NCBI GenBank assembly: GCA_964016885.1
Contig: OZ024765.1
Span: 496,001-560,000 of the forward strand
Reading direction: 5' to 3'
Source: Eledone cirrhosa
Lineage: Eukaryota
DNA: 64,000 nt
Within the stretch, counting starts at the first letter, position 1; each line of letters opens with the position of its first letter. A program made the position numbers and the translations under genes. A model generated the notes under the pieces. It had not been told where the DNA came from and did not search any database. It was given only the letters and a program-made list of their open reading frames with translations. Below are positions 18,913 through 35,620 of the stretch, in pieces.

Positions 18913-19339
18913 TATACGTTAAATAAAATATAAAAACACACATTTCTGCAGAGATTCTTTCTTTCCTTGATCGATAATTTGTTGATTAAATATTGGCATT
19001 TGTTCTTCTTTGATTTCATATATACACATACATACATATATTTTGAGGCTCATTATTCTTTATATTTTCTCTTGTGATTCTCATCCATTTTTTCTTCTTT
19101 CCCTCACCTCATCGTATTCATTATTTATACTACATTATGAAATATTCCAACTTATTATTATTCTGGTAGAATCGGTAGAACGTCGAGGTGATTAAATGCA
19201 TCATGAAACGTTGTCGAACTTTTTGCGCATACAATTCAAATTCTACCAAGTTTTACGCCTAGTCATTGCTTTCATAAAGGAGTTAATGTATTATTTGGTC
19301 GATAATGGATTTACAAGCCCAATGACTCGGCATTTGTCT

Positions 19340-19654
<315 letters not shown>

Positions 19655-19663
19655 CATACATAT

Positions 19664-19708
<45 letters not shown>

Positions 19709-19717
19709 CATACATAT

Positions 19718-19778
<61 letters not shown>

Positions 19779-19787
19779 CATACATAT

Positions 19788-19861
<74 letters not shown>

Positions 19862-20502
19862 TATATCTTTTTCTCACTCACTTTCTTCTTTTTCTAAAAG
19901 AAACTTGCAATCTGCTATATTCCGGCCCTGAGAGGAACTGGGCCCTGCTAGGTTTAAAATACCCCACAATTGTTATATTTCTCTACAGTGCTCCTAGGAC
20001 TACACACATACATACATACACACATACATACATACGCACATACATACATACATACATACATACATACATACATACATACATACATACATACAAAATCATG
20101 GTGAAACGTTTTGAAAATAAACGGTTTTGTATCGTAAACCCAGGTGTAATTTCTTTTCCAAAGATTTAATGCAAACACTGTTATTCGTACTCAAACTGAT
20201 CAAACTTCCTTATAAGCTTATTAAAGTATTACCGTCGCAATAGAGAATGCTTGAACAAATATTATATCAATGACTAGAGCTCTCTAATGTAAGCAGAAAG
20301 AAATTTATCAATTGATGCCAGGGGTAAATTAGAACTGATTAACTGATTGGCGATAATAAATCACTAGCTTATTGACGGAGGCAATGAAGCAGTACGATGC
20401 TCGGCACTGCGTAAACCCGTCAATCAAGAAGCATGTCGGGGAACGAGAAGCTGTATTCCAGTATTTCTAGTAATAACACCCGAAAGATATATATATATAT
20501 AG

Positions 20503-20787
20503 TTATGTAATAAATAACATAAGACAATTATTCCATTTACCAACGGTTTCTCGAAGACAGACGAGCTCAACACAGACGTCTGAAATCACTCGTCAGAATG
20601 AAACATTTGATGTGGAAATGTTTCATTCTGATGAGCAATTTCAGACGTCTGTGTCAAGCTCGTCTTTCTTCGTGAAAGATTTGGTAAATGGTATAATTGT
20701 CTTATGTTGTTTATTACATAATTAAATAGCTCTGTAGCCTATATAGAGCACTCTCCTTTCCTTTACCTCTCCAACGGAAATACTTCA
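20503..20787. mobile_element. TA-embedded fold-back element (~105-bp arms) containing degenerate type I hammerhead ribozyme motifs
   Basis: Arms 20503-20608 / 20616-20721. Minus strand reads TTCATT CTGACGA ... GAAA CC GTT GG TA AATGGA; the plus arm has CTGATGAG. Confidence 0.7.
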
Positions 20788-21508
20788 TATATATATATAA
20801 ATTGGAAAGTGTGTGAAATACCTTGGTACAGTTAGGTATATTTAAAAAAAGGAAAATAATGACTTCACTTGTATTTCTAAACAATTTGGTTGAATTTTAT
20901 AATATGATTTGGTAGATATAGTAAGTCCTTTGTTAACTTCGGTGGGGAGATCTTTAAAGATTCCTGGTTAACTTTCCTGGAGAACTTTCTCGTATTCGTC
21001 GGTGGCGATTGTCAAACTGAGATCTCAGAGTGTGGGATTCGCTTTAAAAAAAATCTTCATGCTGAGGCATTTCACGATGTCATTAATTGATACTTGTTAA
21101 TAATGTTATATCGTGCAATGGCCATACTCGATAAAGAAGGGGCAGCCATCATCATGTATGTATGTATGTATGTATGTATATATGTACGTATGTATGTATG
21201 TATCTATGTGTGTGCGTGTGCGTATGTATATATAAGTATACAGAAAATACTCAAGCACATAAATGCTATAATGATAGCTTCTTAAAATGCGGAAAGCGAA
21301 GTTACCATCGGCCACTATGAGGAATTGAACTCTAAGTGCAAAATATAGGTTTCAATTCCGCCAGTTTAAACAGCTATTTCAGATAAAGCTTATATATGTG
21401 TAAATATATAATAACACACACATACACACACACATATATATGTATATATACGGCCTCAATTAAGGAATATACCGTAAACATTTTATCAATCACCTAATAT
21501 ACATACAT

Positions 21509-21588
<80 letters not shown>

Positions 21589-21695
21589 TTACATACATAT
21601 ATATACAATATATCATATATATATATAAATAATATATTATATACACACATATATATATGTATTATATACATATACATATCTATATAATATATTAT

Positions 21696-21822
<127 letters not shown>

Positions 21823-22134
21823 TGGGCATGTGTGTGTAGTATAAAGGACGTTGACAGAACTTTGGCAAATTATAGGAGAGAAATGGTTATTTTCATTTAT
21901 TTTATTAGTGTTATCCAATATGTTTCCATGATTAATATCTGCTCCTAGTAGACATAGTACAGCATTATGATTTATGAAGCTTCGTCTTTCTCCCTTCTCG
22001 GATTATATAGGGTATTACTTTTAATTAAATTACCTCCCTTTCCTACACCGCTCTTCAATATTTGCATTAGATATTTAGATATATATGTTGTGTATTGTTG
22101 ACATATTAGTCACAGATTGTCTGCATAATTCTGC

Positions 22135-22168
<34 letters not shown>

Positions 22169-22203
22169 GTGTATATATATATATATATACAATTATATAC
22201 AAT

Positions 22204-22267
<64 letters not shown>

Positions 22268-22321
22268 CTATATATATTATATATATATATATATGTAAAT
22301 ATATATATATATATGTATATG

Positions 22322-22370
<49 letters not shown>

Positions 22371-22387
22371 ATATGTATATGTATATG

Positions 22388-22418
<31 letters not shown>

Positions 22419-23012
22419 ATAATATATAGTGTGTGTGTGAGTGTGATTGTGATTGTGTGTATTTATGTATATATATGTATATAGATATATATATTACAAA
22501 TATATACATATGTATATATACCGTTACATTTCTTTATGTATTTGTCTGTTACGCATGTTTCGGTAAAGATTGGCTCAGTTACCCATAAAAGTTATGGACA
22601 GAAATCTCTCATCGATCTTTGAAAGCATTTACATACTTCACCATTTGATCTAGCTTTAGGTTTTCTCATTTTGCTATGTATTCAAATACACCCTCGCTTC
22701 GGTTTCATCAGAGACAACATTGTTTCAATAAGTTATATATAAAATACACTCTGATAAAATCAGCCTGCTTACAAGGTTCAGCATTATCAGGTTAGTTTTT
22801 TCAATACTTATCGTGAGGATTGTGTACCGTATTCGCGTTTTGCACGCATAATAAAATGCACGATTACCTGAACACATGAAAAGTGTGAATAAATACATTC
22901 TCACAAAACTTACCTGTTGTATGTAAATATATGTAAATATATATATAAGCTCACACAAGCAGATAAAGGATCTTTCATTTCATATATGTATATATATATA
23001 TGCATGTATATC

Positions 23013-23127
<115 letters not shown>

Positions 23128-23189
23128 GCATACATAGATATACATACATATATATATATATTTATATATACTGATTGATGCATGTATGC

Positions 23190-23266
<77 letters not shown>

Positions 23267-23889
23267 CGAGACACATATATATATAAAGATATATATATAT
23301 TTATATATGCATGCTTATATATACGTGTGGACTTTTGTATTTGTGTGTGTGTGTATGCATGTATGTGTCTGTGCGTGTAAGTATGTGACCATGTGTGTAG
23401 GTATATATATAGATATATGTATGCATGGATGCTGACAAATCTATTATTTATTATTTTCAATGTTCTTAGAACTTAAAACATTTTCGCTTGATCTCCTTTT
23501 GTAAATTTCTGTTTGTTAAAAACAGCAACAACAACAAAATGAAAATAAAAAAAAACATAATTACACAAAACCAACAAAACCAGAAGACAAGATGATAAAC
23601 AAAATAAAAATATACATTGTTATAGTTTAAGCGAAGCAAGAAAGTTTGATGAACGCTAGTGATAAGATCTAAAGCATACTGTGACATTTTCTTAAAGTGT
23701 TTCACACGTCGAAAGATATAGGGTAAGATAAAACGTTAGAATCCACTGAAAGCGAGTCGTTGTTTAGTGTGGTTCGTGTAAAGAGCATTCGCAAGAAAAA
23801 TATGCGTTATTTCAATTTCTCATTTCACACACATCTCCTAAACATAAAATGAAACCACAAATTATTTCATGAAACACAAGTGAAAACCA

Positions 23890-24153
<264 letters not shown>

Positions 24154-24305
24154 AATAAAACAAGGATGCTTGGTTGGTGACGCACGTTTCACTATTGGTC
24201 AGCTCAATGTTCGAGATGTATTGATCTGGTCCGACTCTGGATATATATTTGTATACGTATGTTTATATATACATACTTATACTATTATACTTATACTATT
24301 ATATA

Positions 24306-24368
<63 letters not shown>

Positions 24369-24528
24369 CTATTCGTATATATATATATATATATGTGTGT
24401 GTATAGGTGTGTCTGTGTGTATATATATATATTTAGAAACATATATATATAAATATATATATATGTATATATATATAGATATACATACAAACACACACAC
24501 AAACGCGCACACACACACATACATACAT

Positions 24529-24560
<32 letters not shown>

Positions 24561-25058
24561 GCACATAACATCATATTTTGAAACTAATTATCAACGAAAA
24601 CTATTAAAATCAGGGCTTTATTAATTACACAACAATATTAGTAAAGATCAAAACAAAAACAAAAACAAAATAACAACAATAACAACATCAACAAACAAAT
24701 ATAACAAATACGCTCGATACTTAAAAAAATAAATTTGACTATTGGATAGAATCGGAAATTGTGAAATTATATTGTATTGTCTTGACAAAAATATAGAAAT
24801 ATTTAAAATGAGATCTTAATTAATTCTTATTGAAATTGAAAACAAAATATGATTATTAAAAATATGAAACCTATGGTGTGGCGTATGGCAAGATAAATAA
24901 TTTGATTTTTACTTGGATAAGGCAAATGGTGTCATTGTTGAATTATATGTTCAAGAAACAGGCGACAAAATAATATATGAATACATATGATCTATATGAT
25001 ATATATCATATATATGAACAATTATATATGTATATACATGGGTTTACATACACACAAG

Positions 25059-25136
<78 letters not shown>

Positions 25137-25151
25137 TAATATATATATAAG

Positions 25152-25205
<54 letters not shown>

Positions 25206-25226
25206 ATTTATATTTATATATATTTA

Positions 25227-25286
<60 letters not shown>

Positions 25287-25301
25287 TAATATATATATAA
25301 G

Positions 25302-25355
<54 letters not shown>

Positions 25356-25376
25356 ATTTATATTTAAATATATTTA

Positions 25377-25450
<74 letters not shown>

Positions 25451-25453
<3 letters not shown>

Positions 25454-25636
25454 CGAAGGAAATGTGGTAAGGAACCAGGTGGACCATAACGCACCAAAGT
25501 ACTCAATACTTGAGGTAGTAGAGTGGGTAATAGGAACCAGTAAGACTCCGACAGCTGAGCTCAAGCCGTTTCGACGGCTAATTCCAGAATTAGCCGTCGA
25601 AACGGCTTGAGCTCAGCTGTCGGGGTCTTACTGGTT

Positions 25637-25640
<4 letters not shown>
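25451..25640. mobile_element. TA-embedded fold-back element with hammerhead 3' half (Penelope-like pLTR piece)
   Basis: 54-bp inverted arms 25531-25584 / 25587-25640 with one mismatch. Contains GAAAC GGC..GCT GTC. (TA)n on both sides. Confidence 0.75.
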
Positions 25641-25710
<70 letters not shown>

Positions 25711-25797
25711 TATATCTATACATATATATATATGCACAATATATAAACATTTATATATACGATTATATACATATTTTCATATATATACATTTATATA

Positions 25798-25854
<57 letters not shown>

Positions 25855-26904
25855 GTACACACACACACATACAAAAGCATTTATGAGAAAAATTACACAG
25901 TAATGGGTAAAAAGACAAACTTTATAAGGGCTAAACGTTGAGTAACGTTTGGCAAATCTATGTAACGTTCTTTATTGGGTAAGCAACTTCATCGAAAGGA
26001 GTAAGCGAAGAAAAGTGTAAGTATGAAACCCCAAAAGGTCTATACTGATACTAAACTGTAAAATGAGGAATCGTTTCAAAGTTATACGGTGATGAGTAAA
26101 AAGCAATCTTGGTTGATGCTACCTCTTGTATAAATTTTGACAAATCTTTGTAAAATTCTTTATTGGGAATACTGCTCTTCGATAAGATATTAACAACCAC
26201 GTGTATCATGCTGTTGCTTCTTATTGTCATTATTTTATATGTCTTCTCTAACGTGTTTCTCACGTGATTTATTTGGTTTTAGTAGCTGTAACGTCTAATT
26301 TCTCTGCTATGTAAATTTTAGACGTAACCTATTAGCTTTCACCTCTGTGATACATTACCAATTCTTACAAAATCTATTGAATTTCTATAGATCTATTACA
26401 TTCCTATAGATCTATTTCCTTTCCTGTTTGATTTCAACATTCTTTTGTGTCCTACATTTCGTTTGAATTGTCCTTTTTTTTTCTTTTTCAATTTGTTTTC
26501 TAACAAATTATATACATGTAATGATTCTATCAAACCATCTACTTTGCAATTCAAGCATTTGTCAATGTTGCATGCATACCACTCTTCATTCTGTCCCTAA
26601 AATTCCTGATTCCTAAATTGGAATTTCTTCATAATTGCTTCTTTTCGATATAAACCCCTACATTCACACACCGACAGTTTTCTCATTGGGGGAAAATATA
26701 CAACAATACCAATGACAACGATAACGAAGAAATAAATGGAGAAACTACTTGATATGAATCCTGTCAATATATATATTTATATATATATATATATGTATGT
26801 ATGTATGTATATGTTTACAGACGTACAGTAGTATGTATGTATATGTATACAGGCGTACATTAGTATGTATATATACACATACATGCACATATATATATAT
26901 GCAC

Positions 26905-26956
<52 letters not shown>

Positions 26957-26966
26957 ATATATATAC

Positions 26967-26998
<32 letters not shown>

Positions 26999-27179
26999 AT
27001 ACATATATATATACATATATGTATATGTTATATATATATATATTAATAAATATGTATGTATTTTGTAATATACTTATATATATATATAAATATACATATG
27101 CACACACACATATATGTATATATAAATATATATATATATATATTTATGTGTATATATATATGTATATATAAATATATAA

Positions 27180-27235
<56 letters not shown>

Positions 27236-27344
27236 TATACACATTTTAACTGCGTGGGGTTGTCTTATCTAATTAACACTAAACGTACATTTTCGAACGT
27301 CGAGCTTTTCGCGTGCATTGAAACATTATTATTATTATTATTAT

Positions 27345-27905
<561 letters not shown>

Positions 27906-27906
27906 A

Positions 27907-27949
<43 letters not shown>

Positions 27950-27951
<2 letters not shown>

Positions 27952-28151
27952 CTTTGTGTCTCAGTCATTGATGTTAGTTAACTGGAAAGTTTGTTGAAAT
28001 GAATATCAAGCCACTACCTGCAGCCTCAGATATTCAGGACGTATCGGAGAGTTCTTGCTGTTCCCAGCAAGCATGCCTTTTGAAGCGTTCCAAAAAGCGT
28101 GGCGGGGCCAATTTTCTTTAACCATCCTTGGAAACTTTTTGAGATAGTACC
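27950..28151 (-). mobile_element. R4/Dong-like retrotransposon 3' end in (TAA)n, different subfamily
   Basis: Minus strand GTISKSFQGWLKKIGPATLFGTLQKACLLGTARTLRYVLNI* (28026-28151). QK..LLGTA..LR is the typical R4/Dong C-terminus. Confidence 0.75.
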
Positions 28152-28185
28152 AGTTTTCTCAAAGAAGGTACTATGAAGGGATTTT

Positions 28186-28283
<98 letters not shown>

Positions 28284-28474
28284 TTTCTAGTTTCAGCGTG
28301 ACTATATGTAATTACCTTACGTAGCGTTTGACAAAAGATTGCGCAAATCCTGGCATCATCAGAGTTAACAATGTTATTATCGTCCTGATCATCATCATCA
28401 TCCTCATTTGTAAATTTACATACATGTTATATGTAAATATACACAAGAATATATAGAATATATGTATATATGTA

Positions 28475-28633
<159 letters not shown>

Positions 28634-28634
28634 G

Positions 28635-28667
<33 letters not shown>

Positions 28668-28695
28668 AATATATACATATATATATATATACAAA

Positions 28696-28752
<57 letters not shown>

Positions 28753-28868
28753 ATATATATATATATAATACATATACATACACATGTACATATATATATG
28801 TGTGTGTGTGTACATATGTAGATATATACTTGTATATATTTACATATAAAGAAAGATAAATATAAAAT

Positions 28869-29019
<151 letters not shown>

Positions 29020-29279
29020 TATATCTACCATCGTATTATGCATTCTGTAATCACAGATTTCCAGATTAGATAGAGCTTTGAAAAATGTCAATTAATAAGA
29101 TACCAAAAGTATGGTGGAGACAGAATCTCACACATCTGGGCTTTAAGTCAGACTTCTTAAATACTCTCCCCCTCCGGTGTCGTGTGAAATAGATGCCAGC
29201 CATTGCAAACTATCGGAAGCATATTCCTTCATGTTTAACATGTAATCTTGTAGGATGTCTATAGGTGATTATATTAAGT

Positions 29280-29965
29280 ATATATATATAAATATCTTTG
29301 TATATATATATACATATATGTATGTATAATATATGTATATATATCGTATATAAACAAAGACATATACACACACGCACAAATATATTTATGTCTATATTTA
29401 TAAATATGTTTGTATATATATATACATATATGTATGTATAATATATGTATATATATCGTATATAAACAAAGACATATACACACACGCACAAATATATTTA
29501 TGTCTATATTTATAAATATGTTTGTATATATTTATACATATATGTATGTATAATATATGTATATATATCGTATATAAACAAAGACATATACACACACGCA
29601 CAAATATATTTATGTCTATATATATAAATATATTTGTATATATATATACATATATGTATGTATAATATATATATATATATCGTATATAAACAAAGACATA
29701 TACACACACGCACAAATATATTTATGTCTATATATATAAATATGTTTGTATATATATATACATATATGTATGTATAATATATGTATATATATCGTATATA
29801 AACAAAGACATATACACACACGCACAAATATATTTATGTCTATATTTATAAATATGTTTGTATATATTTATACATATATGTATGTATAATATATATATAT
29901 ATATATCGTATATAAACAAAGATATATACACACACGCACAAATTTATTTATGTCTATATAAATAT
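29280..29965. repeat. 112-bp minisatellite, ~6 copies, built from microsatellite-like sequence
   Basis: AAACAAAGA recurs at about 29352, 29464, 29576, 29688, 29800 and 29914. Confidence 0.9.
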
Positions 29966-30151
29966 GTATATATATATATATATATGTGTGTGTGTATATA
30001 TATATATATATATGTGCATACACAAAAATATACAAAAGCTTATACATACATACAGGCATTCATTCATACATATATACCTAACTACATACATACACACCAA
30101 CATATCACAAGCTACATACATTCATACATATAGACATGCATATATATATAA

Positions 30152-30256
<105 letters not shown>

Positions 30257-30659
30257 CATACCTACATACCTAACTGTATATACAGAGCATACATAAACAC
30301 ACATACATACTTAAATACATATACATATATATATGTATACATTTATATAAATCTTCTGTAGTGAAAACAAGAATCGGCTAAACTTCCCCCCAACAAACAA
30401 AGATAAACATGAGAATAATAAACAAACGACTTTAGCTAAGCAAATGCTATTTCTTCTGTTGTCTTCCTAACGAATTTCTTTGTCGCAGAAATCTCTATTA
30501 ATCCGCTTCCATTACAAATTTACGCCATTAAAAGTTACTTAAGTCTAAACTACCATTTTCACAAAAGTCTTACGTTTTACCGAATTTAATGCAGTGTCTT
30601 TTGTGGGGCTTTTTTTTCTTCATAAAACTAGGATTTCTTTTTTCAATACGTTGATGTGA

Positions 30660-30713
<54 letters not shown>

Positions 30714-30769
30714 CTGTAGCGTGTGTGTATGTGTGTATATTTATATTTGTATATATGTGTATTTAATAA

Positions 30770-31028
30770 ACTCACTCAGATGGTGGATGGATGCTACACG
30801 AGAATGCTGAGCATGGCTCTCAACATGAATCAGTATGCACTGAGGATGAAGAACTCAGTGCTCTACAGGAGCCTTTTAAAAGACAGCCCGAAAGAAACAC
30901 AGAGAAGACTGAGGTTAGCTGGACATACTCACCGAGATTCAGAGTTGACACTGCACTCAATGCTCCCGTAGGAGCCCCTAAACGGACACACTAGAAGTGG
31001 GAGACCGAGGTTGATATATATTGATGTT
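30770..31028 (+). pseudogene. RTE-clade LINE C-terminal remnant
   Basis: DGCYTRMLSMALN...QRRLRLAGHTHRDSE...*EPLNGHTRSGRPRLIYID, an RTE-type C-terminus with an in-frame stop. Confidence 0.75.
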
Positions 31029-31312
31029 AGCTTTACTTTTCATCCTTACGCGGTCGATAAAATAAAGTACCAGTAATACACTGAGATCGATTTAATCGAC
31101 TTTGCTCACCCTTGTACCTAAATCAGAAACCATTATTCTTTTTTTGGCAGTATCGGTAGAGGGCTGGACGCCATGCTTTCTAGCATAGTTACGTCCCTTT
31201 ACATTCTGAGTTCAAATCCCGCCGAGGTTAACTTTGCCTTTCATCCTTACGTGGTTGATAAAATAATGTACCAGTAATTGCTGGCCTTGTGCCTAAAGTA
31301 GAAACAATTATT
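31029..31312 (+). mobile_element. Two tandem tRNA/CORE-type SINE copies
   Basis: GAGTTCAAATCCCGCC (B-box-like), CTTTCATCCTTACG.GGT.GATAAAATAA.GTACCAGTAA twice, and tails CCTTGT.CCTAAA..AGAAAC.ATTATT. Confidence 0.75.
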
Positions 31313-31548
31313 GTTTTTGTTTTTACTATTTCTTGTTGCTGTTGCTGTTGCTGTTGTTGTTGTTGTTGTAGTTTTTGCTATTGTTGTTGTTATTGTTGTT
31401 GCTGCTGCTATTGTTGTTGTTGTAGTTTAAGTTAATAATTGAACACATTTATGAAAATTATTTTATGTAATATAGAAAAGTGCGGGATTTGACACGTATC
31501 TTGCTGTTGTTAGACTCCTTAAGTTTTATAGATTATAAATTGAATAAT

Positions 31549-31601
<53 letters not shown>

Positions 31602-31614
31602 CACATGTATATGT

Positions 31615-31711
<97 letters not shown>

Positions 31712-31734
31712 GTATATATATAAATATATTTATG

Positions 31735-31787
<53 letters not shown>

Positions 31788-32139
31788 ATACAAATATATA
31801 CATATGCGTGTGCGTGTATTTCAGTTTCTCTGTTTGAGAGAGAGAGCGAGAGAGCTTTAGAAGAGAGTCAAGGTGTAAAAAAAGGATACACACACACACA
31901 CTCACACACACACAGACACACTTACAGTGTAATAAAAATGTATATAGAAATATGAAAGCAAATGATGTCATTATTGAATTAAATATGTTAACATTTTTAC
32001 TAAATATTCTTTCTGTAGGAAACAGTTTTTGTTGAAAATAAGATATTTCAGGAAAAATGATTATGTTAAAAATATAGTGAACATTGTATTATTTTTCTCA
32101 AGAATGTATAATGGTTATTTAAGAATACACTTTTTATTC

Positions 32140-32285
32140 GTAGGTGTCGAATTGTGTGAGTTGTTAGATAACCTGACAGAATGGTTTATGGGATCCGTTC
32201 AGACTGTTCAGATCCCACAGAGGTCAACTTTGCTTTTCATTCTTTCGAGGTCGATAAAAAAAGTTCCAGTCTAGTACTGGGGGAG
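32140..32285 (+). mobile_element. Degraded SINE copy (another at about 135-262)
   Basis: GTTCAGATCCCACAGAGGTCAACTTTGCTTTTCATTCTTTCGAGGTCGATAAAAAAAGTTCCAG. Confidence 0.6.
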
Positions 32286-32350
32286 ATTTTTCATCTATAT
32301 CTCTTTCTCATTTCCTCACACTCTATCTCTCCACATATATATATATATAA

Positions 32351-32490
32351 AACGAAAGATTTGTGGTAAGGAACCAGATGGACCATGACGCACCAGAGTT
32401 CTCAATACTTAGGGTAGTAGACTGGGTAATAGGAGAAAGTATGACGCCCGACAGCAGAGCTCAAGCCGTTTCGACGGCTATTTCTGGACT
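32351..32490 (-). mobile_element. Third copy of the 25451 family, long arm only
   Basis: AACGAAAGATTTGTGGTAAGGAACCAG...GCCGTTTCGACGGCTATTTC, ending at the position where the other copies fold back. Confidence 0.75.
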
Positions 32491-32537
32491 AAAATATATA
32501 CATATATAATATAAAATATATTGTATATGATAACCTT

Positions 32538-32589
<52 letters not shown>

Positions 32590-32648
32590 TGAATATATAT
32601 ATACGGTATATATATATATATACCGTATATATGTACCGTATATATATA

Positions 32649-32701
<53 letters not shown>

Positions 32702-33324
32702 GGTGTATATATATATATGTATATATATATACGGTATATATATATATACATGTAATTTACCCTCAATATAAAAAATAATTTGAATAATTTTGATTTATAT
32801 CGAAAATACAAATAAACATATTTTATGTATTCTTTTCAATTTTTTTTGCAATATTTCTTTCAAATTTTAATTGCTTGTATAGTTTTTAAACAAAAGCTAT
32901 TTTGAATATATTTCACTAGGAACTAAGATTCTTCCGGAAATAAAAATTCAATGGTAAAATTGTGAATAGAGTCTTTATAGATTCGAAATCAATCTAAATT
33001 GTAAATTGGTGACAATTAATCAAGAATTGTAAAAAGATATTTCGCAGAAATGCAATTGTTATGTAATATTCTTAAAAAAATATTTGAATACCTCGTGAAA
33101 ATGAATCGAAGTATTAATTGGAAAATACTCTATCGGTTTTTATTTTATCTGATTTGCTATGTTTTTTATATTAGTTTTAATATTTGAAAATAATGAAATT
33201 ATAAGTTATCTTTGTTTCTTTCTCGAATTCATTATGTTAGTTGTGTGTAGAGTGTAATTAATGGCCTGTTACTGAAGTGGTGGTATCTCAACTACCGGCT
33301 TTTAATTTGATACTTCTAAATGAT

Positions 33325-33516
33325 AATTGCTTCTACTTTTTTGGCACAAGGCCAGTAATTAACCCAGTGTATTACTGGTACTTTATTTTATCGATCTCGT
33401 GAAGATGAAAGCCAAAGTTAAACTTGCGGGATTTGAACTCAGAATGGCAAGGGCCGTAACTCTATACGTCAACACATGGTGTCCGACCCTCTACCGATAC
33501 TGCCAATCCACCGCCA
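33325..33516 (-). mobile_element. Same SINE family, minus strand
   Basis: CTGGTACTTTATTTTATCGA...GATGAAAG...GGGATTTGAACTCAGAA...CTACCGATACTGCCAA is the reverse complement of the 31145-31312 copy. Confidence 0.75.
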
Positions 33517-35139
33517 ATATATAATATATGCATACAACACACACACACACACGCACACGTACACACGCACGCAGTTAAAGGTAAACAGAAATAACAACAC
33601 AATCGGTACAGTATATGGAAGGTATATATTAGGTTAACGCTTGATATAGCAGGAAGAGGGTTTTATATGTGTGTGTGTGTGTGTGTATAAAAATGGCAGA
33701 GAGAATATAATCCAAAGTAAGGCTACAAAGCTACTAAAATACAAGAGGTTACTGAGAATGAAATAGAATATGTTACAGGGAATATAATTCAAGGTGAAAG
33801 AAGTTGAAGATTGTTATTAGTTTTATATTCGTTTCTTATTTTTCTTTTCATTTTTTCCTTTTCTATTTTGTTATTTCATGCATTTTTATTTCCATGAATA
33901 AAATATACAAAACAACGGTGTTTATAACATTTCCATATAAGCGTTTGTAAGTTTTTGTTAGGGAAGGATACGTATGTAACTTCAAAAGGAAACAGTATAA
34001 CCTTAGCATGGTTCTGAATCCGATATCTTAGAGAACATCTCGTAAATGTGATCAAGGTTCAACAGTCAGGTCAGACGCCATACTTGCATACAAGCGCCAT
34101 TTTCTACCTAGTGTTTATCAGAAAGATAAGTGCACGCTTCATGTATTATATTAATCCAGAAGATTTATTGCTTCGCTTGGTGGATAGCGAGGTAAATATA
34201 ACATAATTAAGACCTTTTGGCTTTCAGAAAGAGAGAAAGGATGACAGAGAGAACGCCAATTGCAATGATAATGACTAAACACGAAATCCAAACCGATTTC
34301 TTACAACTTTGCGGAAATTTATTGTTTCCTATATAACATTTCCTGAATGGAATAAGGTGGAAGAATGTATATACAGTTAGCAAGAATATTGGCAAATCTT
34401 ATTTCGCTTTTGTTTTATTCATCCCGGGTTCATGACATTAGTAATTTAAATATACATAGCAAAGCAGCCGTCGGGTTAGCTAAATTGTCCGTATCGTTGG
34501 AGATTATAACGCATCGTACTCATCTTTACAGTAATCGATGCTCGGAATTAAATTAGTGATTCCGTGTAATATGAGATCCTTGAGTGATTTCTGTAACACA
34601 TCAACCGTTCTTTTCCTGTTAGACATCAAATAAATGCTAACGACCCTTTTGTCTTTTCAGGGTCGACAAATAGAAGGGGAAATGTGGGAAAACCAGAAGA
34701 AATGAAGATTTATGTCTTTAATTTCTTAATTCAAACGAACTTACCAAAGAAAGGAAAGAGTGGAGATTGGCATGTTGGCGGTGTTGGTGGTGTTGGTGGT
34801 GGCAGTAGTTCAACATGTTAAATTCTTAGGATAAACGAATGGTAAGTAACAACACTTGGCACTCGTTTTGTCTCGAGTTCGAGACCGTTGCGAAGTAGCG
34901 GGTAAAGTGTCTCTTGTGTGACTTGAACAACGGAAATGGAGGCGGAATAGGGTGTGGTATGGTCCCGTAATTCCTGATCTGAAAGAGTCGTAGAGGCGCC
35001 GTGTTGACATACAGCATCCCTTAAACATTTCAACCCTGGTAGAACCCATCCCTCCCCAGGCCTGAGTAGAGCAGACTTTTTCCAGAGAAAGATACAAAGT
35101 GAGAGAGTGGAAATGAGAAAGAGATATAGAGGACTAATC

Positions 35140-35292
35140 GGCCCCAGTACTAAACTGGTACTTTTTATGGATCACGAAAACATGAAAGGCGAAGTTGACC
35201 TTGGCGGGATTTGAACTCAGAGCAGAGAGATGGAATGAATAACATAAATCATTCTATCAGACGTTCTAACGACTCTGACAATTTGCCGCCCA
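35140..35292 (-). mobile_element. Same SINE family, minus strand
   Basis: CTGGTACTTTTT...ATGAAAGGCGAAGTTGACCTTGGCGGGATTTGAACTCAG. Confidence 0.7.
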
Positions 35293-35348
35293 ATTTGTGC
35301 AGACGAAGACTGTTTGGAATATATATATATGTGTGTATATATACATAT

Positions 35349-35412
<64 letters not shown>

Positions 35413-35515
35413 CATATATATATATACATGTAAATATATATGTATAATATGTGTATGCAGTGTATACGTACACATAAGCATACCTCCCCATATACTTACA
35501 CATACACACACACAA

Positions 35516-35620
<105 letters not shown>

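Noticed and set aside
26051-26263. 70-aa non-repetitive ORF as a host exon
   Set aside because: No recognisable motif and surrounded by stops; could be a decayed transposon but is unsupported.
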